A stretch of DNA of 63,687 nucleotides, filler included, from Choristocarpus tenellus KU-1152 (Eukaryota > Protista > Phaeophyceae), in the NCBI GenBank assembly GCA_964200185.2. It is 12 parts of 12 records of this genome, joined end to end, with 100 filler letters (N's around TTAATTAATTAA, not from the genome) between each part and the next. Parts side by side here need not be neighbours in the genome. Positions count along the whole stretch, not along the records: positions 38,750 to 42,259 come from CAXNAD020019540.1; positions 42,360 to 48,514 come from CAXNAD020008809.1; positions 48,615 to 60,761 come from CAXNAD020001955.1; 9 more parts are not named here. The stretch is one strand, 5' to 3'. Made by a program: the position numbers and the translations under genes. Within the stretch, counting starts at the first letter, position 1. Every line of letters starts with the position of its first letter. Under the pieces are notes generated by a model. It saw only the letters and a program-made list of their open reading frames with translations, searched no databases and had not been told where the DNA came from. Below, piece by piece: positions 41,801-53,250 of this stretch.

Positions 41801-42041
41801 AAAGTGGCCCAAGGTGGGGGAAGGGGGGGGGGGAGGGGGGGCGCAAGGTATACAAAAAAAAAGTTTTAATATAAAAGAAAATTTTCGTCAAGATCATCCA
41901 CTTTCACAGTCATCTCCCCGTTTCTGCAAAGATCTTCTTAACTCTTGCGATGTACGCCTCAGCGGTAAAGTCTGGGGGTATCATCGGGGGAAGGTCTTGA
42001 GACAACGCCTGCCTCACGCAAGCCATTGCTCCTTCCACATC
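38890..42041 (-). CDS. Multi-exon gene of unknown function, partial
   Basis: Phase-compatible small exons: 41958-42041, 41768-41796, ~41303-41321, ~40913-40978, ~40322-40406, ~39837-39981, ~39138-39165, ~38888-38972 (DVEGAMACVRQALSQDLPPMIPPDFTAE/AWRWMPELCW/.. MDTITACDMKRIRDKIASRH..). One junction is unresolved. Confidence 0.5.
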
Positions 42042-42359
42042 CTGCACAGTCACAGAAGGACAACAAGAGCCAGGGTGAGTGCGCACGGCATAAAGCATTG
42101 TTCCGACAAAATACTTGGAACTCCCCTTCAGGCGTGCACAAAATACAGAGTATACGTTAAAAAAAAAAATCCTACCACTATACCTATGTTGTCAACCGCT
42201 TCTTGTGACAGGGTCAAAGTATCTGGTGGTGGTGGTGGGGGGGGGTGTGTGTTTGTGAGNNNNNNNNNNNNNNNNNNNNNNNNNNNNNNNNNNNNNNNNN
42301 NNNTTAATTAATTAANNNNNNNNNNNNNNNNNNNNNNNNNNNNNNNNNNNNNNNNNNNN

Positions 42360-42960
42360 CCATCTATTTACTATTTAACTACCAGCTATGCTGTACCACT
42401 GCCTTCCTGTGCCTCCAACCTAGCTTATTCCTACACCCCAAGGTGAGGAGTTAGGGAGGCATCCCAAGAATCTAACAAGCCCCTCCTTGCCCATCTCCCC
42501 TGGTGTCTTCAGCTTAAAACGCTTCATACTTTGTACGAAGTATATCTAGAAGGGGCCTTTCAGATTCTTGGGTGGTTCCCTAAGATCCTTGCATACTATT
42601 GTAGGCAGGCTATGCTAAGTTAGAACCAATACAGTGTACACGTTGTATTTTTATTATTATGCCCTCTGACATTTTGCAGATGTACTAGAGGAAAAACAAT
42701 GAAAACTATTCACATACATGTCAGAAATTGCTGTAGTTACCTGTGGAAATGAGGGTTGTCTTTCATCATGCCGTTATTACCGTATGCAATATTACCGTCA
42801 TAATGATTGAGAGGTTTCCTTGTCAGGAATCCCGGATTCCAGTGGAGGATCTTCCCTGACACATCTGCAAAATATCAGAGGGTATAATAATATAAATCTT
42901 TCATGAGACTGAATCCATGGAATCTCTTTAACAGACCAGTCCCACAGATAAAGGGAAAGT
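42360..42960 (-). mobile_element. LINE-derived 3' fragments (reverse orientation)
   Basis: 42360-42530 matches 18860-19030 in reverse; 42650-42960 is the reverse of 44180-44485 and ends in the hairpin/TAA tail. Confidence 0.7.
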
Positions 42961-43499
42961 TTATGAAGTAACCTGAGTTTTGTGAGCGGAAGAATTCTGG
43001 TGGCAATGTGGTAGAGGGGAGCGAGTGGTGAGGAAGGAAAAAGAAAAAGTAGGCCAGGGGTGAACGAAGAGTTAAGTACTGTGAGTGGCTAGGAGGCAGA
43101 AGAGGCAGGAGAGAAGATAAAGAAGTGGTTGGTAGGTGGAGGCACAAGGTAGGAAGGAATGAATGGTCTGTTTGTAAAGGAAACCAAGGGCTGGTGGTAC
43201 AAGACGAGGGGGGGCAAGAACAAGACAACCTCCGATCAAGGTTTCCCGCCCACCCACCCTGTCGCTTGCTCACGACCGATTGGGATGCTGGGTTAAGGGA
43301 GGGGAGGTCAAGTTTGGGCAGGGTAGATGTCTTCTAGTTCTATGGCACGGTATGAAGTGGATGATGAAGGGGTGTTCTTGGATGATTGTGGTGTAGTGTT
43401 GAGTGGTGTGGGGGAGTGGTAAGTGGTGTCGGGGTTTGAATGGAGGGGTAGCTGGTGTGGGGTTGAGTGGAGTGGTAACTGGTGTGGGGTTGAAGGGTG

Positions 43500-43725
43500 G
43501 GGTGGTGACTGGAAATCAGTGGCGAAGGGGTCGCACTGGTTTGTCATCAGGTGTGGGAGGTGACTGGAAATCGATGGCGAAGGGGGTTCGCACTGGTTGG
43601 TCATCAGAGGTGGGCAGTGGCTGGAAATCAATCGTGAAAGAGGTTCGAATTGGTTGGTCATTGCAGGGGGGGGAGGGGACTGAAAAATCATTGGCGAAGG
43701 GGTTTGCACTGGTTGGTCACAAGTG
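43500..43725. repeat. ~55-58-bp minisatellite, 4 diverged copies
   Basis: gactggaaatc..tggcgaagggg(t)tcgcactggttggtca at 43507, 43562, 43620 and 43678. Confidence 0.85.
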
Positions 43726-43889
43726 GTAGTAAAATGGGGAGGAGGGGAATGGGTGGAATGCAAACATAGAATGAAATAAGAAAAATAATCCAGAATTCGC
43801 GAGCAAAACAAAGTCCTCCCTTCATTCAGAGTTGTCAAAAATAAAGATTTCTCATTGTTTTCGCATCTTCACATTTCTGATGATCCCCC

Positions 43890-44080
43890 TGTCATTAGAT
43901 TCTCATCACTCTGGAATTCTTTACAGTTCTCTGCAGTTTTGAACTTGTCCAACCTTAACCTCATCCTCTCGTTTACGGTTTGTCTCGGTCTGTCTCGTCC
44001 GTCTTGTGCAGTGACTCTCTTCACCACTCTTACTTACCAGAGTGAACCACGCCGCCAGAGAATCATACGATGCACATACC
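43890..44080. repeat. Dispersed repeat, inverted homolog of 59040-59232
   Basis: tgtccaaccttaacctc..gagtgaaccacgccgccagagaatcatacgat vs atcgtgtgattctgtggtggcgcggttcactc..gaggttaaggttggaca. Confidence 0.75.
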
Positions 44081-44179
44081 AACTTTGTAAAAGAAAACAT
44101 TGTTTTGTTGTATGAATTATCAGAATGTCAAGACGTGACAACAAAGAGAATCTTTAATGTTTGACAAATCTGAATTACA

Positions 44180-44485
44180 AAAGGTCCCTTATCTGTGGGT
44201 CTGGTCTCTTGAAGAGGTCCCATGGATTCATTCAGTCTCGCGGAAGATCCTCTACCAGAATCCGGGATTCCTGACAAGGATCATCAATCGGTATGACGGT
44301 ATATGGCATACGACAATAAAGGTATGATAACAGAGACCCTGCTTTCCACAATTGTTAGTTTTCAAATAGTAATCGCTTTCTAAAGGTGCATTTTTGCATT
44401 TTATCTGTTATTTCTACAGCAGTCCTTGTGATACACCTCTAGTTTGTCCCTAATGCATCTCCGAAATGTCCAAGGGCATGATAAC
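44180..44485 (+). mobile_element. SINE-like or LINE 3'UTR element ending in the degenerate LINE tail
   Basis: Homologous to 42650-42960; ends in catctccgaaatgtccaagggcatgataa. Confidence 0.6.
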
Positions 44486-45244
44486 ACATATACTTCCCGA
44501 TACAGGATAATCTAGCATTCAAACTCCGAGCTTCGGATGCAGTTGACTAGCCATATTATTGGCCCCTATGGTATTCATCAAGCATTTGCAATTGCAGAGA
44601 TTAGTTTGACGACGGTAATAATGGGGATAGTGGGTTAGAAGGATTGGCTCAAAATGCCGATAAATAGGATGAGGAATCGTGCCTGCTATGAAGCAGCCGT
44701 AGCCTAGGGCACTCATGGATATGGAGTCCAGATGAAGAGGGGGACAGGTTTTACAGAAGCTTGTCGAGCTGTTAGTGAAGGTCAAATCCCAACCTCACCG
44801 CATACATGAACTTACTGGTTCATTGGAGACATACGACAGTGAGAGAGGTTAGAGTTAAACATCATGGTGTGTGTGTCGATAGGAGACAAAGTTCGTTGAA
44901 AAGTACAACGCACAAATTGATTCTTAGCTTCTCTTCTCTGCTATTTATAGGGATTGCCATCATCAGACCACAACTTCTCACCCTTCACAGGAAACACTTC
45001 GCCCTCCTCGCTGATAAAAGAAATACGTTTCTCATTCTGCCCATCGAAGAGTTCTATCCCTCCAATATACCCACCCTCGCCTCATCTCCTACCCCAACCC
45101 ATGACATGGCAGGGTACCTATGCAGTTACGGATACTGTCTCAAATGAGTCTTGACTGTCCCTTTTCTACTGCAACCTCAGAAGTACATACAGAAATGACA
45201 GAATCAGTGGAATTGCCGTATGATGTGAAGAAATATATCAATGA

Positions 45245-45865
45245 CTGTACGAAGTAGTTTGCCACCCATGCAATAGGAGGGAGAGCGACGGGTGGATATG
45301 GTTGAGAAAGGTGCCGCCAAGTCCTGTTTGAGAAAGTGTGTCACTGCACAAGTAACTCTGTTGAGACGTATCATGCGTTTCAAGCTGGAGGCACCAGGCA
45401 GATGGGCAAGAAGGGGCCTATAAGGTTCTTGGAATGCCTCCCTAGCTCCTGGCCCACCTTTGTGTGGTTAAGCTAGGTTAGAAGCATAGCAGTGTTCACA
45501 ATTACATTGTAGTTACCAACCTTTAACGGAGTATTGTAGTGTTGTTAGGTTTCAAATAGTAAATTCTTTAGAGAGGTATGTTTTACATTTATTTACGATA
45601 TATTTTATTTGTGAAACAATCCTTGTGATACAGGTTTAGTTTTTGCTTTGAGGCATCTGAAATTTTCAGGTCATAATAATATGGAAGTAGATTGAAGGCA
45701 TAGGAGAGGAGTGGTGTAGCATAGTTGGTAGTCAAATAGTAAATATATTTTAGAGAGATGTCTTTCACAATTACGACAGATAGTACTTTTACAGGAGAGT
45801 TCTTATGATTTTCATTGGTTTGCCCCCTGACACATCTGCAAAATGTCAGAGGGCATAATAAAAAA
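45245..45865 (+). mobile_element. Tandem LINE 3' fragments
   Basis: Matches 18750-18960 and carries two tail copies, the last ending at ~45860. Confidence 0.7.
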
Positions 45866-46455
45866 ATAATACTGACTAGCTTATCCCCTCACAATCCACT
45901 ATTTTAGTTCGAAGATTAGGAAGTTGGAAGTTAAACTCTCGCTGTGTTGATTCATGCCACCACACGGATTCAGATTTTATATCATGTCCAGATCTTACAA
46001 AAACGAAATTCAGTTTAGACTCAGCCTAAGAACAGGCAAGAAAACGGGTTAACATATTTACACCTGCGACAGGATGCCCTTTTAATGTCATTATCACATA
46101 ATACGATTGAAAGGGGGGGGCAAAAGGATGTCGCAATGGGTCCATTCAATCCGAACTTTCACTCATCACACTTCGCAATGAATGAAGGAAACACACAAGG
46201 ATAATCAACCCAAAGGAAAGAGACACTAGCAAGCGAAGCAGTATTCAGGAGGGTGTGTTGAGTGTATATGTGACCTTTTTTCCTTGGGCTACACTAGCTG
46301 CTGCTTTGAGTCAAGCCAATTTTGAGAGGTAGGCAAGTTTGGATCATTCTGCATTCTAAGCCACATCTATCTTGCCCTATGCAATACAATCTAATTCATT
46401 GCTTTATGTTCACAATGGTGTGTGCAAATATATTCCCCCTCTCCACACACATAGT

Positions 46456-46706
46456 GAGTCAAAGTAGACGAGAGGTACCTAGGTTTTGACCCATTTGCAT
46501 CTTAACTCTGTTTTTCGATCTTTTGGAATTCACTCATATTCTAAGTTTGACGTGAGAGCGTTTATTTCTCTGTGGTTCGGAACATTTCCGACACAATTCA
46601 GAAAATACCCTTTACACACTGGGGGAAAAAAAAAGGTGATTTTTTCACACTAATTTGTCAGCATCCTTAAAATGCGACTCTGGGTACCTCTCGTTTTCTT
46701 GAGCTC
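46456..46706. mobile_element. MITE family C copy
   Basis: GAGTCAAAGTAGACGAGAGGTACC...GGTACCTCTCGTTTTCTTGAGCTC. Confidence 0.8.
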
Positions 46707-48091
46707 GGTGACACCATCATTCACAGCAATGCCTCTTTCTGTACTTGTACAAGACGATATATTTTTGCCCCTTCTCGAGATCCTTGAAGTGCAATTCTGC
46801 CTATCACCCAGTTGGTTTGAATCTTGAGCTCAACAAACCATAGCTACCACAGCTCCTCAGGCAAGGAAGTTTGTCCATAAAGCTCTCTTTTGTTCTGTCA
46901 ACCGCATACTACCTCCACGGATAGTTGCCCCTGTACTCCACTCTCAAATGTGATCCCACATTTGCCCTTGAAAAGAACACACCCTTGTGCTGCGTATGTA
47001 CAGTAACTCTAGTTGAATTTTTTACTATTTCATAACGTTAACATAACACTAACTACAACCACACCAAAAATTACCTGCACTTCTGTTTTGTGTGTGTGTG
47101 TGTGTGACCAACAGCGAACACCAGTTTATAAAAATATATCCATCTATTCTTTTTGTAAAAATTGGCTATGCTCTCTCAAGTTCAGAAAGCGGAGAAGGCA
47201 TCACCATTTACTGCAAATTATTCATCACAACTCCCTTCATCTGGCAAGCTATTGCACTGCAGTTCTGGATATCGAGGTTTCACATTATATACACCAGCAA
47301 ATTACTTCATCAGACCAGCTTCGTGATTGCGTGATACCTTTGTCTTGTTCATTGTGAGTACAAATCAAAATTGTTATGGGTTTCTCAATAGCTTTAGCAC
47401 ATATTGAAATGTCCTCTTCCTTAAATAGCAATAATTCTGCCTCCCTGAGTGGGCACACTCATTGGTTGGTAACATACAAGTGGTCTTCACGATTTTCATT
47501 GCATCATCCATTAAAATGAACCATTTTGTTAGTCGATCTCCCACAACCTCACCAAGGAGAGGGGGCTAGCTGGTTGTATACCTCATGTCGCAGGAACTAT
47601 AAAAAAAAATTGAAAAAATGCAGATATGGATTAGCCAGAGGCAAGAGCCTGGGGATGCGCAATTATTGTGATAACAATAGCACTAAACTTCTCTTACGAA
47701 GTGAATAGCACAAAATATGCCAGCATATTCCAGCATGCGGCCCTTGGAGAACCTGATCACAAACACAAGGAGCAAAACTCAAACAACGCCTTCCATCCAC
47801 CACATTTACACATAAAAAATCAAGGTGACCACACACACAACCAACAGTGTTCAAACCAAAAACAAAACCTCCTCCTCCCTCCTCCATCATCAGGAACACA
47901 CAGACACACAGACATGCACACACTACACACAAGGAGGAGACAAGACAGCACTAACAACACAACAAAGAATCACTCACGTCTACAGAGACTCCTCCTACAA
48001 AAAAACTCTCTCATGCCATCAAAATAGAACCCCCGTCAAAATCCATTTCTGTGAGGAAACAGAAATGCTCCCACTTCTGATCCTGCCTCTC

Positions 48092-51000
48092 CTACCAATC
48101 CGAAGGCTTGTTTGTTGCCTCCAAGTTAAGCCACTCCTTGGCTGAAGGCATGAGACCATAGCTCGCATACGCTCCTCCCATTGCCTTCAGCATATCCTGC
48201 CACAGTCCCACCCCCCTTGACATCCCTGAGAGTACCAGCTGAGCGGGAGCCTGGTCAACAATGCAACAGATTTTTTCCAGGAGCGCACCCATACCCCCCA
48301 CCGCCATCAACCCACCATGGGAGGCATTATGGTGTTATTACCATAATGTACGTCATTGGGGAGGCGTGTTTGCGGGCATGAACAGACAGACGTTCAGTGA
48401 GAAGCAGTTGGGCAATTTTTGAAGCCAAACTTCAAGACAGCAAACAGGGGGGCCACAGCAGGGCCAGGGGCAGAGGAGAATGGGAAACCTAAAGAAGTGG
48501 GGGGAAGGGGGGGGNNNNNNNNNNNNNNNNNNNNNNNNNNNNNNNNNNNNNNNNNNNNTTAATTAATTAANNNNNNNNNNNNNNNNNNNNNNNNNNNNNN
48601 NNNNNNNNNNNNNNTGGTGGGATGTTGTCGCCCGTGTCGGTTTTTAAATTGCAGCAAAAAAAAGGTGTTTGACCCAAACTGGCCCCCCCCCCCCAAACCC
48701 CCCCCCCCCCCCCCCCCAGATACTTTGACCCAGTGTCTCCTCATAATACACAGCAACTCTAAAAATGGTGTCGGTGATTCAGTCCTCAGTCATAGCTGAG
48801 AATGAAATGTAACACTAGTCCACGGACTTGGCATTATCTCAGTGTTATATTCTGTAGTGCTCTGTTTCAATTGCTGTAGAAATGTGGTGATGATGTGATG
48901 AAATGAGGTTGACTGCAAATAATGTCAAAGTTGTGCTCCCTGATGTTTGTGAACCTTGGGGTCCCCCAACTATCCAACACAAAACACTTCACAACAATAA
49001 CGAATATCAACTCACATATAGCGTGACGTTACGTGTATTACGATTGTGTTGTGACATAGGATGTGCTACTTTAAAAAGAAAATACTATGTTACAACCATA
49101 CAGCTGTTACGACAAAAACATACGTACCACGTGCCACTTTAAAGAGAAAATACTATGTTACAACCATACAGCTGTCAAGACAAAAACCTACAAAGCATGT
49201 GTTATGTTGCCCAAGTTGTGTAATACATTGTCCACATGACACTCTAGGATCACACCAATCCACAAGCTACAGGGGCACCTCCCCTACAAAGTCAATTTAC
49301 ACAGCCCTACCATGACACAATCGTGCTTTTGCCACCTAGATTACCCTTTAAACAATACCCCTCCCACAAATTTACAACTCACACACTTCCCTCAAGCACC
49401 AAGTACACCTACTACATGCACTTCAAACATCTCACCTCACCCTCCACCCTAACATCACACTCTTGACACGTACAAAGAGAAATGTACTACTATGTAGTTC
49501 AAGGCTTATCTACTACTGAGCACACCACATCACCTGAAAAACGTCAAGTGCAAAACAAGTCATACGTCAAATCTAGTCATCATACTGATTTCTACCAACA
49601 GCAGAACGGCATACTTGCCCACCTGATGAAATGCAACTCTGTGAGGTACTTGGCACTCTTCCATCCATACAAGTGAGGGACTACAAGTCGCACCCCACCA
49701 TGCTCCAAGGGTAGCACTCGCCCCTCCCCATCACCTTGCGAAACGTCCACACGATGACAATAGCAGCCATAGCAGTCAAGGAAAGACTTACAGGTTGGAC
49801 ATTCACGGTTGCTGTCAGCAAAACCAAAAAAAAAATAATCGACAGGGAGCGGCATAAATCGCAGCACCCATTCAGACACGTTTATCCCTTCAAACTACTA
49901 CAAGAAGAACCGTATCACCAAAACTACGTGGTAGGTCCAACTTTAAGATCTACTATAGACGTAGGTCCACTGAAAAACACAGAACTTGGTTCCCAAACTA
50001 AAGCCTTCTCGGTGACAATTTGTGAGCACTTGTGTGTCATTTATTGCTGTTTCAACATTTAATTGACAAAACAAAACCAAACGTCAAGAGAGACTCCCAT
50101 GTGTCATTTTTTCATGTCCAAGAAATCAAAGGACGTTCTCACCCAAGGCAAGGAAAGCATTTTCGACCTCTAAATCCTCTCGGTGTACATTGGTTGTGTA
50201 GCCATCCGCTGCTACCTGAGTTTTAGGGTTAGGGATAAGGAAATGAGGGTGTTGAAGCGCGTGAAAAACAGGCAAGAGTTGAGGAAAAAAATTGAGTTGG
50301 GGCTGGGGCTAGGACGGCAGAAGTGAGTTAGGGGGTTATAGTGGTATCAAGATGCAAAGCCTTGGAGCATGCAAGAGGCTGATGTTGATAACCAACTCTT
50401 GTATGGGCTCAGGAAAGATACACGGGATGAGGGTACATGACTCAAGAGGCACTCATGAATAATGTAGGACGAAAAATCAAGTCAATAATAAAGCCTCCTT
50501 AGTGTAGATTTCATGCTGAATTTTTAGCCAACTAGATGCATTTATTTCACAACCTCCCTAATCCCAAAACCCGTAATGGTCCTGTTGCTGATATGGATGT
50601 TCACTTCACCCATGAAAAAACAACATTCAAAACTAAAATTCGTTGGTTACAACTCATCTATGTAGCTTTGGGATCAAGTCATGAAGTAGACGAGGGCAAG
50701 ATGCTGCCCCTTTTCCATGCAGTAACTATTGGTTGCCTTTGCCACCAAAGACAAGCACATGATAGGATTCCACTGAAAGATAGCCCCATGGTGTCCCCCT
50801 CATAAGGTCAAGACAGAAATTTCAGTCTTGGGCATAGATGCTTCCCTTACATACCTGACTGGAAAAACCTGGTCATGACAAAATTGATTTTTCTACTATT
50901 CCACTTTTAAAGATTAACAGTAGATTCACATATTTGATAAGATATCACGACAGGGCAGAGTACAAGTATCTTATTAAGAGAGGGTAAGAGTTTCACCCTG

Positions 51001-52924
51001 TTTGTCCATGTGAGACTTGGCTTCCCATGGGTTCTTTTATGATATTTTCCTACTCCAAAATGGTTCAGAGTAGGTAAAATGTGTACATTACGAAAAGGTG
51101 TGTACAGAACAGGGATATTGACACTTCCTAACAAACACGATAGCCAAAATTACATCAAAATCACAACATTGGATTTTTATCTCCAAATGGACATGGCTCT
51201 ACCCTCCAAGATACTTTGGCTCGGTAATAGCTTGCTTTCCCACAGCAGTGGTGGGTCACTCCCTCCTTAGATTAGAAGGGTTTGCTGTAAAAGGTCCTTG
51301 TCAAGTGCAGTGAATGGATTTAATGCACAATTGAGCACCTGTAGACTGGAACTGGCAGCATTTAGTTGAGTCTGAGAGGCTGCTTCATCACCTTCTCTTG
51401 TGAACACTGCGGTTACAGCAAAAACACTATAGACACTATGCGAAAATTATTTGAGTATCACACCTCACATTACACCCTGCCAGTTCCTTGGGACATAATC
51501 TTTCCACTGTGGCACCCCCAATTTTGAGTGACAACATAGACTTAATTGAAATTAAAAAAAAATATTCAACCCATGAGCACAAGAACCTGAAGGATTCCCA
51601 CCCAGCCTTCGCCAGGATTGATGCGGGAAATGATCGTTTGGAAGGGCACACCGGTGAAGGTAAGGTCCACTGCTGACCAGCCTGTGACACAATGCCTTGG
51701 GAGCGCAGCACAGTATGGGGATAGGAAACAACACAATCAGTCCCACATCCAGTTGAGTAATGAAACTGACATCATTCATTCAGTGATATGGTCATGCACA
51801 ATAGTCAGGAAGGCTTATCGCATTAAAAAAATAACAAAATTTGGTTAGTACGACATTTCGTGTTTACTGGACATGATGCGCTTCCTCAAATATCCAGGGT
51901 AGCGCCTTCATAAAGGAAAATATTCTTGCTCTGCACCCTGTTCTCAAAGTTGACAAGAAAATTAGGGGTGATGGGAAGACCTATGTGCACTGTGTGCGAC
52001 CAGATGTGAGGGTTCTACCACGTATCATAACTTAATGACCTCGCCGTTATGACAGGAATCCATGTCCCAAAAATATTCAGCTGGAACGTCCCCGTAAGAA
52101 ATGCTGCAAACTGCTCTAATTGACAGCGTCTATCGATATAGTATTTGGTGCTCTGATTCTTGCTTACCAATCCTCAGAGTAAACACGGGTTCCGAGTTCC
52201 TTCAGTTCAGCAAGACCAAGCTTGATGCCGGTACTTTCCTTTGGTCCTTTCCCTCCAAAGAATTTGATCCCCCACTCTCCGCCATCATGGCTTCCATTGT
52301 CACCCCCACTCCATAGGTCATGATATGGACCTGGGGGGGGGCGAGTGCCTAGATCCAACACTATCCACGACTTAGTCAGAGCTTGCCCAGGTGGAAGCAT
52401 CCTCTCAACTTCATCTGTCGTTTCCTTCGTGGTCAAGGAGGTAGCACGACCGGTCGCACCTTGGAGATAATGTGTTTGGAGACAAGTCGGACATAGATAT
52501 GTAAGATAAGGGAGGAACAATGCTCGAGGTGTGTCAGTGTGAGAGGGGGAGAAAGGTGGCATCTTCTGTGCAAATTGCAATTGAACTGCGCGCGTTTAAG
52601 AGAACTTCATGGGCTCTGCCAGGCACCTCAATTCATAGTATACCTCATAATCATCAGATAATACATATTTGGTTCTCCCACTTTTAAAGAAGCTATCATA
52701 ACATAGTTCAGTATCTTATAACACAATGGTGTTTACTTTGGAATATTGATGGGAAATAAGTCACCTTTAGATCGTTCCATGAGTTTCTTCTTCTGGAGGA
52801 TTGACCTCTTGACGGTGTCATCCTCCATATCAATACCATCTTGACTTTTCCCTATTCTTGTTCCATGTTTCAATTTCCTTCGCATGGTGGGCAAAGGTTT
52901 GATTGCCATGTTGTCGTCCTTCAT
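48092..52924 (-). CDS. Molybdopterin-dependent oxidoreductase, sulfite-oxidase-like (YuiH-type). Exons 52765-52924, 52168-52459, 51587-51695, 50143-50215, 49623-49734, a missing exon, and probable last exon 48092-48238
   Basis: The spliced product contains LPPGQ..WIVLDLG, DWHCVTGWS (Moco-liganding Cys), DGYTTNV and LPLEHGG.RLVVPHLYGWKSAKYL, all Oxidored_molyb motifs. The first five exons are phase-compatible. The expected GFWE/GxH exon is not seen and may lie in the linker gap. Confidence 0.88.
49068..49192. repeat. Intronic direct duplication, period 68 bp
   Basis: actttaaa(a/g)agaaaatactatgttacaaccatacagctgt occurs twice. Confidence 0.85.
50958..51222. mobile_element. MITE family B, intronic, TSD GGCA/GGTA
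   Basis: ggca|GAG...CTC|ggta, with the same internal sequence as other B copies. Confidence 0.85.
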
Positions 52925-53250
52925 TCTTTCAACTGACTTTATTCATTTCTGTGTAGGAAAACCTCCATTCCATACAACTCCTATATATCATACATGTATG
53001 TTACTACATACAGATGGAAAATGGGGGTATTGGTATTAGGATCTTCCCGAAACGAAACAGGAAACAGCCCGATCGATACAAAGAGTTTTGAGTTGACGTC
53101 CTTAGAACCAAACCTATAGTATATAAGAAATAGTTTTCACCTCACCATTTCAACATTCCATCTCCACCATTCCCCCTTAGAGATCAAGGCTTCCTGACGA
53201 GGCACAAGGACACTCCACGCCTTGAGGCGGGGAGGAATTGAGAGGAACGG

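Noticed and set aside
43308-43838. 176-aa Pro-rich ORF
   Set aside because: Translation of the minisatellite and G-rich low-complexity tract.
44500-47520. Scattered exon-like segments
   Set aside because: No consistent strand or phase chain could be built, and the candidate frames checked were interrupted by stops or unassignable.
52925-52948. In-frame TGA upstream of the oxidoreductase ATG as selenocysteine
   Set aside because: No conserved context and no recognisable SECIS; the simplest reading is 5'UTR.
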